From NCBI GenBank assembly GCA_965117035.1, contig OZ220748.1, forward strand, positions 815,992-879,991: DNA of 64,000 nucleotides, given 5' to 3'. Below the pieces are notes generated by a model. That model ran no database searches. It was not told the origin of the DNA and worked only from the letters and a program-made list of their open reading frames with translations. Positions 54,966-63,840 of the stretch are shown here, one piece after another; position 1 is the first letter of the stretch; each line of letters opens with the position of its first letter. The DNA is from Dehalococcoidia bacterium (GTDB lineage: Bacteria; Chloroflexota; Dehalococcoidia; Lucifugimonadales; CAZENU01). The translations under genes and the position numbers were made by a program.

Positions 54966-55154
54966 CTAGGGCGTGGTGGTCGTCGCACTCGCCGGCGTCG
55001 GCGTCTCCCGGCGCTGCTGCTCCGGCATTGGAGGCGGCCTCAACTCATCCGGCGGGACTCGTTCCAACCCTTCGCAGGCCACGGCGGCGAGTCCGGCCAT
55101 CACCGCGACCAGAAAGAACGTCAACACGCTTCTCTTGAGTCCCGACCAGTTCAA
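54966..55154 (-). CDS. small Pro-rich putative lipoprotein (62 aa)
   Basis: TTG start 7 nt after AAGGGG; signal-like LTFFLVAVMAGLAAVAC then Pro/Thr-rich tail; 27 nt downstream of the preceding lipoprotein gene. Confidence 0.4.
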   Translation of the reverse strand: MNWSGLKRSVLTFFLVAVMAGLAAVACEGLERVPPDELRPPPMPEQQRRETPTPASATTTTP

Positions 55155-55181
55155 GTTTGTGCCCCTTTCTCGTTCAGGAAT

Positions 55182-55754
55182 CTATTCGTTCGGGAAAGTG
55201 TACTGGTGCCAGTAGTTGGCGTTGATCGAAGGCTTGCCCTTGTAGAGCTCGATCCGGCCTTCGACGCAGAGTTTCCTGCCGTTGAAGTAGGTCGTCAGGT
55301 CGATCGAGCGGTCCGCCTTGTCGGGCCACACGCCGATGCGCAGCGGATCGTCCCAGAAGTAGACGAAGAAATCAGGGTCTTCCGCCTTGTCGAAGTTCAG
55401 AACGGTGATCTTGAAGCTGTGCTCCGGATCGTGGTCCGAGAACATCACGGTCCCGCAGACCTGGCCACTCTTGCCGACCGACTCGACCGCCTCCGCGACG
55501 GTCAGCGGTTCGGTCTGCGTGGTCCCTCCATAGCCGCCCTGGTACTGGATTATCGATGCCTGCGTCGCCTCTGCCTCGGCGGCCGCCTTCGTCGGTGTCG
55601 CCTGCGGAGCCCTGCCGGTGAACTCGGTGCTGGGCGCGGCCCCTCCGGACGACACGGCCTGGCCGTCGCCTCCGTCGTCTCCACCGCCGCACGCGGCTGC
55701 GAGGGCGGCGAGCGCGCCCAAGACGGCAACCACGCTCCATCTTCGCAATTGCAT
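55182..55754 (-). CDS. hypothetical lipoprotein, paralog A (190 aa)
   Basis: ATG at 55754 after GGAGGT; lipobox LAALAAAC, Gly/Ala-rich linker, conserved two-Cys C-terminal domain shared with 55845..56414. Confidence 0.7.
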   Translation of the reverse strand: MQLRRWSVVAVLGALAALAAACGGGDDGGDGQAVSSGGAAPSTEFTGRAPQATPTKAAAEAEATQASIIQYQGGYGGTTQTEPLTVAEAVESVGKSGQVCGTVMFSDHDPEHSFKITVLNFDKAEDPDFFVYFWDDPLRIGVWPDKADRSIDLTTYFNGRKLCVEGRIELYKGKPSINANYWHQYTFPNE

Positions 55755-55844
55755 GTTCTGAAGACCTCCGGGATTCGCCGGCGGACCCGGCCGGAGCACG
55801 GCCGCGTCATCCGCGCAGGTTGCGATTCGGCCCTCGGGCCTCTC

Positions 55845-56414
55845 CTACTGCTCGCGCACTTCCAGCTGGTGCCAGAAGCCTGCGTTGATTCCCGGCTTCT
55901 CGCGGTACTTCTGGATGAGTCCCTCGGCGCAGACGGTCTTGCCGTCGAACCACGTCGTCAGGTCGATCGACGGGTCCGCGATGTCGGGCCAGTCCCCGAT
56001 CCGCTTGCCCGAGTGCCAGAAGTAGACGAAGAAGTCCGGGTCCTCGGCCTTGTCGATGTTGAGGAAGGTCACCTTGTACTGGTGCTCGGGCTCGTAGTCG
56101 GTGGACATCACCGTCCCGCACACCTTGGCCTGCTTGCCGACGTAGTCCACCGCCTCCGCGGCCGTCAGCTCGTCGGTGTCCAGACCGCCGCCGCCGTAGC
56201 CACCGCCATACTGCGGGGCGGCCGCCTTTGTAGCCTCGACGGCCGCGGGCGGAATGGTCGGCGTCGGGGGCGGCACTCGGCCGGAGAACTGCGCCCCACC
56301 ACCGCCACCGCCGCCGGTCGTGCCGGAGTCATCGCCGTTGTCGCCGCCGCAGGCCATCGCCGCGACTATGGTTACCGCCAGGAAGACTGTCCAGGCCACG
56401 CTGCGAAGTCGCAT
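55845..56414 (-). CDS. hypothetical lipoprotein, paralog B (189 aa)
   Basis: ATG at 56414 after GGGAGGT; lipobox IVAAMAC, poly-Gly linker (GGGGGGG, GGGYGGGG), then C.TVM..DYEPEH.YKVTFLN.DKAEDPDFFVYFW...DLTT.F.GK..C.EG.I..Y..KP.INA domain. Confidence 0.7.
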   Translation of the reverse strand: MRLRSVAWTVFLAVTIVAAMACGGDNGDDSGTTGGGGGGGAQFSGRVPPPTPTIPPAAVEATKAAAPQYGGGYGGGGLDTDELTAAEAVDYVGKQAKVCGTVMSTDYEPEHQYKVTFLNIDKAEDPDFFVYFWHSGKRIGDWPDIADPSIDLTTWFDGKTVCAEGLIQKYREKPGINAGFWHQLEVREQ

Positions 56415-56708
56415 CTCAACCAACCTCCCAAAACGTAGTAAGCGGACGCGCCGCAGCGACAGCAGCGACACGCCCACGAGCGCCCCTTTAGAGGTGTTGT
56501 AAGGTTAATCACGGCCCGTCTGTTTGTCAACGTGACCCGGCCCACCCCGCCCCCATCGCCCGCGTTCGACGTTCGATTCGCGTTCCGGCTCCCCGGCGGG
56601 CCGAGCGGGCGTCGTCCCGCCCGGCGATTCTCTTGACAGGGGAATGGGCTGCCCTTAGCCTGATTCGGACAGAGCCCTAACATCTCGTCCAAATGCCCGG
56701 GAGGACCC

Positions 56709-57200
56709 ATGCCCACAGTCAGGCGGTTGCAATTCATAACAGTGTCGTTGTTGACGTGCGTCCTGCTCTTGTCATGCGGCGAGCCGAGCGGCGACGACCG
56801 ATACGAGGCGGGTCTGGCACTGATGGCGGACGGGGCGTGGGAAGAGGCCATCGTCGAGTTCGAAACGGCGGGCGCCGCGTTCGAGAGCACCGCCGGCTAT
56901 CGGAGACTCAGCGGGGACTTCGACGAGGCCAGGGAGATCACGGCCAAGCACACCGACGCCCTCATACAGATCAGCGTGGCGCGCACGGAGCTTGGACAGG
57001 ACCGGCTGGCGCTGCAGGCCCTCAGCAGCGCGATCGTCGTCGACCCGAAGCACGCGCCCTCGTACGCGCGCCGGGCCCTTCTGCATACCCGACTCGGCAT
57101 GGACGGCGAGGCGGAGAAGGACATCGCCAAGGCCGAGGAGCTCGGATACGACATCGCCCAACTGAAGAGTGACGTCGAGGCCGCCAAGCAGGCCCGGTAG
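56709..57200 (+). CDS. TPR-repeat lipoprotein
   Basis: ATG after GGGAGGA; lipobox VLLLSC; helical A..Y..A repeats (YARRALLHTRLGMDGEAEKDIAKAEELG). Confidence 0.75.
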   Translation: MPTVRRLQFITVSLLTCVLLLSCGEPSGDDRYEAGLALMADGAWEEAIVEFETAGAAFESTAGYRRLSGDFDEAREITAKHTDALIQISVARTELGQDRLALQALSSAIVVDPKHAPSYARRALLHTRLGMDGEAEKDIAKAEELGYDIAQLKSDVEAAKQAR

Positions 57201-57281
57201 TTCCCCTTCAGGTCTTCGCGGGGCGACTCCGGCGGCGCGCCGCACCGGCGCTGGAGTACGGCAAGGTCCGGGACCGGCCCG

Positions 57282-58898
57282 TCAGGCCGTTGCGTTCCCG
57301 CGGGCCCGACGTCGGATCCACACGGCGGCCAGCACGCCAACCGCCAGCACCTCCGCGGCGCCGACGCCGGCCAGTATCCAGACGGTCAGGTCGCGGTCTC
57401 CGGCCACCTCGCCCTCGGTGACGACAAGCTCGGTGCTGCCCTCCGGAAGGACCTGGAGCGTCTTGAGGAACTCCACTACCGCGGCCTGGTCGTCCTGGGG
57501 AAGGTCCGCGAAGGCGTCCCGCGACGCCTGCCCCTCCCCGCCGTGCGCCAGAATCGCCTCAGACATCAGCGTCGCCCGGCCGTGGTGCAGGAACGGCGGC
57601 TCGCTGGCCACGCTCCACAGCTTGCGCGTCAGCCACATGTTCGTGGGAACGCCAGCCACGACCAGCGTCTCGTTGTCCAGCATCTCGCCCATGTCGTGCC
57701 GCTTCAGGTCGGTGAAGACGGGCACCATGACCGTCCCGTCGTCCAGCCGGCGCAGCCGCGACGCGGGCCCGTCGGCGGTCAGGTCGACCGCGAACGGCTC
57801 CGAGACCTCGGATAGCTGCAGCTTGCCTGTCGGGTTGAATGGGCTCGGCTCGGTGAATATCGGGCTCGCCAACGGCAGCTCGGGGACGTGGCAGACCGCG
57901 CACCCGATCTCGCTGAAGAGTGTCTCGCCTCTCTCCACCGCCGCGACCGCCTCGGGATGAGACGGCATCACGCGGCCGGGCGGCTCCAGCGTCGCCATGA
58001 ACACGACCAGCGCCGTCACGTCTCCGGAGGTCAGCTCGTTCAGCACTCCGTCCCCGTCGGCGTCGGCTCCGAAGCGCTCGACGGCCTGGATGCCGAAGTG
58101 GGAGTTCATCGCCTTTACCACGAACTCCCGCAGCGAGACGATGTGGCCCTTGGACTGTATCGGCTTGATGATGAAGTCGTCGTCGACGCCCTCGACCTCG
58201 CTCGTGTCGACGGTGCCGTTTGGCCGTGCCGTCACCCTGCCGAAGCCGATGCCCTTCGCAACGAGGTCCCTGGTTACCGGCGCGCCCGCGGCCCTGGACT
58301 CCTCGGTCGCCTCGTCCACGATGCCCTGGAGCTCCACCGTCATCTCCCGGGCGAGCAGCTCCACCAGCCCGATGCCGAATATCCCGGCCGTGTTCCGCTC
58401 GTTGCCGACGCTCCGCAGCGTCTGCGCCTGCAGGCCGTCGCCCTCTCCGCCGTCGAAATTCACGAAGGGAAGCCGCTCCGCGTCCGTGAAGACGTTCACG
58501 GCGTTGTCGCCGCCACCGCCGAGGCGGGGAAGGTGGTGGCAGACGGAGCAGGTGTTGGCGTCCGGCCCGGAGATGCGGTTGAAGTTGTCCGGGAACATCC
58601 GCGGCGGCCTCGTGTTGCTGTCGCCCACGTCCGTCGTCTCGGGCCTGCCGGCGCCGTCCAGCGTGTTGAACGAGACGACGAAGAGCTCCCGGCCCCGGTC
58701 GACGATCTCGTCGAGCTCCAACCTGCCGCTCTCGATGTCGCCCTGGTCGGTGTGGAGGCTCAGCGCAGGCGCGTCCCCGATGACGACCTGGTCGGCGGCC
58801 TCGGCTCCACCGTCGCAGCCGACCGCCAGCAGCGCCGCCACCACAGCCGCCGCCGTCACAATTGTCCGCGGTCTACGCATAGTCGCGAGAACGTTCAT
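57282..58898 (-). CDS. di-haem cytochrome c protein, DUF1111/cytochrome-c-peroxidase-like, with lipobox signal and C-terminal TM anchor
   Basis: Two CXXCH sites (CSVCHH, CAVCHV); N-terminal MRRPRTIVTAAAVVAALLAVGC; C-terminal VWILAGVGAAEVLAVGVLAAVWIRRRAR; start ambiguous (58985, 58898 or 58880). Confidence 0.8.
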   Translation of the reverse strand: MNVLATMRRPRTIVTAAAVVAALLAVGCDGGAEAADQVVIGDAPALSLHTDQGDIESGRLELDEIVDRGRELFVVSFNTLDGAGRPETTDVGDSNTRPPRMFPDNFNRISGPDANTCSVCHHLPRLGGGGDNAVNVFTDAERLPFVNFDGGEGDGLQAQTLRSVGNERNTAGIFGIGLVELLAREMTVELQGIVDEATEESRAAGAPVTRDLVAKGIGFGRVTARPNGTVDTSEVEGVDDDFIIKPIQSKGHIVSLREFVVKAMNSHFGIQAVERFGADADGDGVLNELTSGDVTALVVFMATLEPPGRVMPSHPEAVAAVERGETLFSEIGCAVCHVPELPLASPIFTEPSPFNPTGKLQLSEVSEPFAVDLTADGPASRLRRLDDGTVMVPVFTDLKRHDMGEMLDNETLVVAGVPTNMWLTRKLWSVASEPPFLHHGRATLMSEAILAHGGEGQASRDAFADLPQDDQAAVVEFLKTLQVLPEGSTELVVTEGEVAGDRDLTVWILAGVGAAEVLAVGVLAAVWIRRRARGNATA

Positions 58899-58987
58899 GC
58901 TCAGGGCTCGGGACGCGGCGCAGGGTATCGGCTGGCGCGCGTCCGACCAAGGCTGAATTATACCACGCGCCAGTCTGCGCCCCACCG

Positions 58988-59764
58988 TCAGTCGCCCCCC
59001 GCGAGGTCGGCCTTGAGACGGACGAGCCTGCCGGGGTCGTCCGTCATGACGCCGTCGATCCCGACGAACGCGGAGGGAGCGGCCACGTCGACGTCCCAGG
59101 CGAGCACGCGCCGACCCAGGCGGTGGAAGCCTTCCAGCAGGCGGCCGTCGAAGGAGTCCTCCGACGGCGCGATCCAGTGGGCGTCCGGCACGGTCCTGAA
59201 CCGCCGCGTCCGCAGGGGCCAGGGGTGGCTTGCGCCCCAGACGTAACCGCGCGTCACGTCGGGATAGTCCCGGCGAAGATGGCGCACCGCCAGCGGGTTG
59301 TGGCTCTTCACCAGCGTCGTCTCGACCCTGCCGCCCGCGCGGACGGCCTCGACAACGACGCCTGTCAGAGCGCCGACCGCCGGGCTTCTCACCTTCAGCT
59401 CGACGTCGACCAGGAAGGAGGCTGGGAGCGCGTCGAACACCGCCCGCAGGGTCGGGAGCGTGGCCAGGCCGGCCCGAGACCGCATATCGTTCAACTCGGC
59501 CAGCGCCATGCGGCCCACGACCGCCCTGCCGCCACCCCCGACGTCGATCGCCCGGTCGTGGACGACGGCCGCCTGCCCGTCGCCCGTCATCCTCACGTCC
59601 AGCTCGACGCCGTCTGCGCCCATCGCGAGAGCGGCCTCGAAAGCCTCGATCGTGTTCTCCGGGCAGTCCGAGTGCGCCCCCCGATGGGCTATGACAAGCG
59701 GAAACTCGAGGCTGCCGGGCTCGAACATCCAGCCCGCTGCCGCTCCCGCCATTCCCTCCTCCAT
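58988..59764 (-). CDS. glycerophosphodiester phosphodiesterase
   Basis: VIAHRGA..CPENT..AF..A...GADGVELDV GDPD signature; ATG at 59752 (after GGAGGAGG) is an alternative start. Confidence 0.85.
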   Translation of the reverse strand: MEEGMAGAAAGWMFEPGSLEFPLVIAHRGAHSDCPENTIEAFEAALAMGADGVELDVRMTGDGQAAVVHDRAIDVGGGGRAVVGRMALAELNDMRSRAGLATLPTLRAVFDALPASFLVDVELKVRSPAVGALTGVVVEAVRAGGRVETTLVKSHNPLAVRHLRRDYPDVTRGYVWGASHPWPLRTRRFRTVPDAHWIAPSEDSFDGRLLEGFHRLGRRVLAWDVDVAAPSAFVGIDGVMTDDPGRLVRLKADLAGGD

Positions 59765-59926
59765 ACCTGTTCGAGCTTCGAACCGGAGTCTAGAAGCACC
59801 CGCTTTCGAGTGTCAACGAGCTTGACATTCCCGGCTGCCGGCAGTACACCTCAACGGAACGGGACCGCAGGACGGCGCCCTCGGAGCGGCCGCGACGCTC
59901 CTTACCCTATGAACAGGAGATAGCAA

Positions 59927-61156
59927 ATGGAGCCCCTGGGAACCACGACCGAGCTGGCCGAGTATCGAGGTTACGCGCCGAACACCCTTGTATCGGAGGT
60001 CGACGAAGACCGCCTCATAGCGATCGCCGAGGGCATGACCGGAAGCATCTCCACCGACTGCGGACGGACGTGGGGCCCCGCGTTCCAGATGACGCAGGAC
60101 GGCGCCCCCATGGAGCCGTCGCTCAACAAGGGCCACATACTGCGCCTCGAGGACGGCCGCCTCGCGACCGTTTACAGCAGGCAGGAGGACCATCCCAGCG
60201 CGGGCTACACGACCAAGACCTGGTACTTCGCCACCTCGGAAGACGAGGGCAGAAGCTGGAGCAGCGGCAACCAGATCGACATACCGGCGATGTACGACAT
60301 CGACAAGGGCTTCTTCGTCAACTTCATCTGGGGCAACCTGCTGCAGCTCAGGACCGGCCGCATCATCGTGCCGGCGTACTGGGAGATCGCCGGACGCCAC
60401 CCGGGCATGCCTCCCGCCGGCGACGACCCGGTTGCGGCGACGATCCAGGGCGTGCGCCGAACCAGGATCGCCGACGGCCACCTGTACGAGGCCGCGATGG
60501 GCGGCTGCTACAACTACTACTCGGACGACTCCGGCGCAACCTGGAATATCTGCACCGGCTCAATGATGGTCTGGCCCCTGCCTTCCGAGGGCGGCATGGG
60601 CGGGTTCGGCGTCTGCTGGGAGCCGGTCGTCGCGGAGCTGAAGGACCGCCGCGTGCTGATGTTCCACAGGACGAACGTCGGGCGCCTCTACCAGAGCTTC
60701 TCCAGCGACGGCGGGGCCTCCTGGACGCTGCCCGAGGCCACCGGGCTCGCCTCGGGAGACGTCCCATGCTGGCTCGGCCGGCTCAGGACCACCGGCGACC
60801 TCGTCGTCGTCTGGAACCAGTCCTCCAGGGAGGACATCGAACGGGGCTACTCCAGGGGCCGGCTGTCGATCGCGGTATCGACCGACGAGGCCGCGACCTG
60901 GGGCACCCCGATCACCCTGGAGCTGAGCGGCGGCCTGGACGACGTCGACCAGGTCGAGCTGCCGCAGGTCGCCCACGTCCGCGCCGCGGAAGACCTGGGA
61001 ACGCTGCCGGACAACTTCACCCGGTCACACTATCCGAGGCTGTCGTTCGTCCAGGGCAACGTCGTCGTGACCTTCCAATACGACACCTGGGTGAACGGTA
61101 CGATGCGACGCGACTCCGGCCTGCTCGTGGTGCCGGAATCGAGACTGCACGCGTAG
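59927..61156 (+). CDS. BNR/Asp-box repeat protein (sialidase-like six-bladed propeller)
   Basis: Five Asp-boxes: STDCGRTW, SEDEGRSW, SDDSGATW, SSDGGASW, STDEAATW; AGGAGA RBS. Confidence 0.85.
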   Translation: MEPLGTTTELAEYRGYAPNTLVSEVDEDRLIAIAEGMTGSISTDCGRTWGPAFQMTQDGAPMEPSLNKGHILRLEDGRLATVYSRQEDHPSAGYTTKTWYFATSEDEGRSWSSGNQIDIPAMYDIDKGFFVNFIWGNLLQLRTGRIIVPAYWEIAGRHPGMPPAGDDPVAATIQGVRRTRIADGHLYEAAMGGCYNYYSDDSGATWNICTGSMMVWPLPSEGGMGGFGVCWEPVVAELKDRRVLMFHRTNVGRLYQSFSSDGGASWTLPEATGLASGDVPCWLGRLRTTGDLVVVWNQSSREDIERGYSRGRLSIAVSTDEAATWGTPITLELSGGLDDVDQVELPQVAHVRAAEDLGTLPDNFTRSHYPRLSFVQGNVVVTFQYDTWVNGTMRRDSGLLVVPESRLHA

Positions 61157-61157
61157 C

Positions 61158-63173
61158 CTATGGCCCAGTCAGTTCCCCGGCGAGCTTCACGAAGACGTCG
61201 AGGGACGCGGGGTTGCTCATCGCGTCCGGGCTGATCGTCTCGGCGACCGGATCGCCGGCGAGGATTCTCCGGACGGGCACCTCGACCTTCTTGCCGTTCA
61301 GGGTCCGCGGCACCTCCGGTATCGCGAGGATCTCGTCCGGAGCGTGTCGCGGCGACAGCTGCTCGCGCAGGCGGCGCGCCACGCTCGCCTTCAGCGGGTC
61401 GTCGAGCGTGACCCCGTCCCGCAGGACCAGGAACAGCAGGAGCCGCCCCTCCCTTCCAGCCACGCCGGTGTCGACGACCAGGCTGTCGACCACCTCGTCC
61501 ATCTCGTCCACGACGCGGTAGAACTCGCTCGTCCCCATGCGCACGCCGCCCCGGTTGAGCGTCGAGTCGGACCGGCCGTAGATGACGCACGAGCCGCGGT
61601 CGGTGACCTTGATCCAGTCGCCGTGGCGCCACACGCCCGGGAACATGTCGAAGTAGCTCTCCCGGTACCGGAACCCCTCCGGGTCGTTCCACAGAAACAG
61701 CGGCATCGAGGGCATCGGCCGGGTGAGCACGAGCTCGCCGACCTCACCGACCAGCGCCCTGCCCGACTCGTCGTAGGCCTCGACGCGGGCGCCGAGACAC
61801 GCGCACTGCAGCTCGCCCGCCCGGACCGGCAGCAGCGGGCACGGGCCGATGAAGCCGGTGCACAGGTCGGTCCCGCCGCTGAACGATCCGAGCAGCGCGG
61901 TCGCGCTGACCTCGTCGTAGACCCAGCGAAAGCCCTCCGGGGTCAACGGCGCCCCAGTCGAGCCAATCCCCTTCAGCATCTCGAGGCCGTACTGTTCGGC
62001 CGGCCGCACGCCCGCGTTCATGCACGCCTGGATGTAGGGAGCGCTGGCGCCAAAGTAGGTGACTCCGGCCTCGCGCGCGTACTTCCATAGGGTACCCATG
62101 TCCGGGTACGCCGGGTCGCCGTCGAACAGCGCGACCGTGGAGCCGACCAGCAGGCCGCCGATCAGCAGGTTCCACATCATCCATCCCGTCGTCGTGAACC
62201 AGAAGAACCGGTCGTCCGGCTTCAGGTCCATGTGGAGCGACAGCACCTTGACGTGCTCCAGCAGGATGCCTCCGTGACCCTGGACGATGGGCTTCGGCAG
62301 GCCCGTGGTGCCCGAGGAGTACAGCACCCACAGCGGATGATCGAAGGCAACCTGCTCGAAGACGAGCCGATGCCCCTCCACCGGGAGCTCATCCCATGGC
62401 AACACCTTTGGGCTGCCGTCGATCGCGGGCTCGGCCTCCAGGTACGGGACAATCACGGTCCGCTCGACCGACGGCAGGCCCTCCTCGATCTCGGAGACGG
62501 CGCCGACGCGGTCGAAACGTCGGCCGCCGTACACGTAGCCGTCCACCGCGATGAGGACTTTCGGCTCGATCTGCCGGAACCGGTCCACGACCGTGCGCGT
62601 TCCGAACTCCGGCGAGCAGACCGACCACACGGCCCCGATGCTGGAGGTCGCGAGGAACGCGATCAGCGTCTCGGGGATGTTGGGCATGTACGCCGCCACC
62701 CTGTCGCCCGGGCCGACGCCGAGCCGCCTGAGGCCTTCCGCGACGGCGGCCACCCGCTCGCGCAGCTGCCCGAAGGTCAGGACCTCGAGCGGACGCAGCT
62801 CGGAGCGGGACACGACCGCCGGCCGGTCGCCCGGCCGCGCGAGGGCGTTCTCGGCGTAGTTGAGCGTCGCGCCGGGAAACCACCTCGCCCCCGGCATGCG
62901 CCCGTCAGCCAGGACGCGGCCGGGGCCGGTCCCGGACCGGATGCCGAAGAAGTCCCAGACGGCGCCCCAGAAGCCCTCCAGGTCGTCCGTGGACCACCGC
63001 CACAGCGCCTGGTAGCCGTCGAAGCGCAGGCCCTTCTCGGCGTCGAGCCATCGCATGAACCGCGTCAAGTTCGCCGCGGCCACGGTTTCCGGTGAGGGCT
63101 CCCAGAGCAGGTCGCCTTCCTTTACCGGGGAATGCGCAGCGTCTGGATTGTCCGCTTCACGCCCGTCGTCCAT
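61158..63173 (-). CDS. acetoacetate-CoA ligase (acetoacetyl-CoA synthetase)
   Basis: 671 aa adenylate-forming enzyme; LLWEPS...LTRFMRWL...F..Y..LW.WS opening typical of acetoacetyl-CoA synthetases; YSSGTTGLPKPI AMP-binding motif. Confidence 0.9.
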   Translation of the reverse strand: MDDGREADNPDAAHSPVKEGDLLWEPSPETVAAANLTRFMRWLDAEKGLRFDGYQALWRWSTDDLEGFWGAVWDFFGIRSGTGPGRVLADGRMPGARWFPGATLNYAENALARPGDRPAVVSRSELRPLEVLTFGQLRERVAAVAEGLRRLGVGPGDRVAAYMPNIPETLIAFLATSSIGAVWSVCSPEFGTRTVVDRFRQIEPKVLIAVDGYVYGGRRFDRVGAVSEIEEGLPSVERTVIVPYLEAEPAIDGSPKVLPWDELPVEGHRLVFEQVAFDHPLWVLYSSGTTGLPKPIVQGHGGILLEHVKVLSLHMDLKPDDRFFWFTTTGWMMWNLLIGGLLVGSTVALFDGDPAYPDMGTLWKYAREAGVTYFGASAPYIQACMNAGVRPAEQYGLEMLKGIGSTGAPLTPEGFRWVYDEVSATALLGSFSGGTDLCTGFIGPCPLLPVRAGELQCACLGARVEAYDESGRALVGEVGELVLTRPMPSMPLFLWNDPEGFRYRESYFDMFPGVWRHGDWIKVTDRGSCVIYGRSDSTLNRGGVRMGTSEFYRVVDEMDEVVDSLVVDTGVAGREGRLLLFLVLRDGVTLDDPLKASVARRLREQLSPRHAPDEILAIPEVPRTLNGKKVEVPVRRILAGDPVAETISPDAMSNPASLDVFVKLAGELTGP

Positions 63174-63185
63174 GGCGCCGGTCGC

Positions 63186-63371
63186 TCACTCACCCGTGCT
63201 CTCGAGCGCCGTCAGCAGCCGGCTCGCCCAGTCCCTGAGCACGTCCTCCAGGTCCCCGCCGCAGTGGGGACATTCGTAGACGCCGAATCGGACCGTCATC
63301 CCGCACTCTCCGCACGCCTCGACGCTCGTGACGTGGTCCAGCACGACCTGTATTTCGTCCTCTGTAGCCAT
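63186..63371 (-). CDS. small zinc-ribbon protein (61 aa)
   Basis: ATG at 63371 after GGGGAGA; CGEC...17 aa...CPHC four-Cys ribbon; stop is 13 nt before the acetoacetyl-CoA synthetase start. Confidence 0.6.
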   Translation of the reverse strand: MATEDEIQVVLDHVTSVEACGECGMTVRFGVYECPHCGGDLEDVLRDWASRLLTALESTGE

Positions 63372-63467
63372 CCGATCTCCCCGGGCGCGCCCGCGCCCTC
63401 CGCCGGAGGTCGCCCCGTGGGCGCGCCTCGGCGTCCGAAGCGGGACGCTTTCGATCTGCGATGCCGG

Positions 63468-63550
63468 TGCCCAGGGAGGGACTCGAACCCCCACTCCCTG
63501 ACGGGAAGCGGATTTTAAGTCCGCCGCGTCTACCGTTTCGCCACCTGGGC
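63468..63550 (-). tRNA. tRNA-Leu (anticodon UAA)
   Basis: Folded by hand: acceptor GCCCAGG/CCTGGGC, anticodon stem GCGGA/TCCGC with loop CUUAAAA, long variable arm CCCGTCAGGG, T-arm GGGGG-TTCGAGT-CCCTC, discriminator A; CCA not encoded. Confidence 0.9.
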
Positions 63551-63840
63551 CCACTACGCCACTTATGGTACAACTTTCCGGTGGCTTCTCCCCATCCCCC
63601 TCTTGCGGACGGGCCGCTTTTCTTGCGGGCTGGTGTACCGGATGGTACAAAGGAGGTAGTGGAGAGCGGCCGGGCGGACAGGCGCGAGACCCAGGACCGC
63701 CACCGGCGCAGTCCTCCACAAGGTCACTCCCCCGCAGGACTCATGGCGAAACGCCGGCGCCCAGCAGCAGTCCCACTGACGACCGCGCGCCTCCGGGCGA
63801 CCGGGGGCGGACGCCGGCGCGCGGCGATGGGCACGGCGCC

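Noticed and set aside
63551-63840. ORFs 63186..63719 (-), 63461..63847 (+) and 63563..63907 (-) spanning the tRNA region
   Set aside because: They read through or opposite the tRNA-Leu gene and have biased Arg/Pro/Gly composition. Only the last 61 codons of the first (the zinc-ribbon protein with its own RBS) look real.
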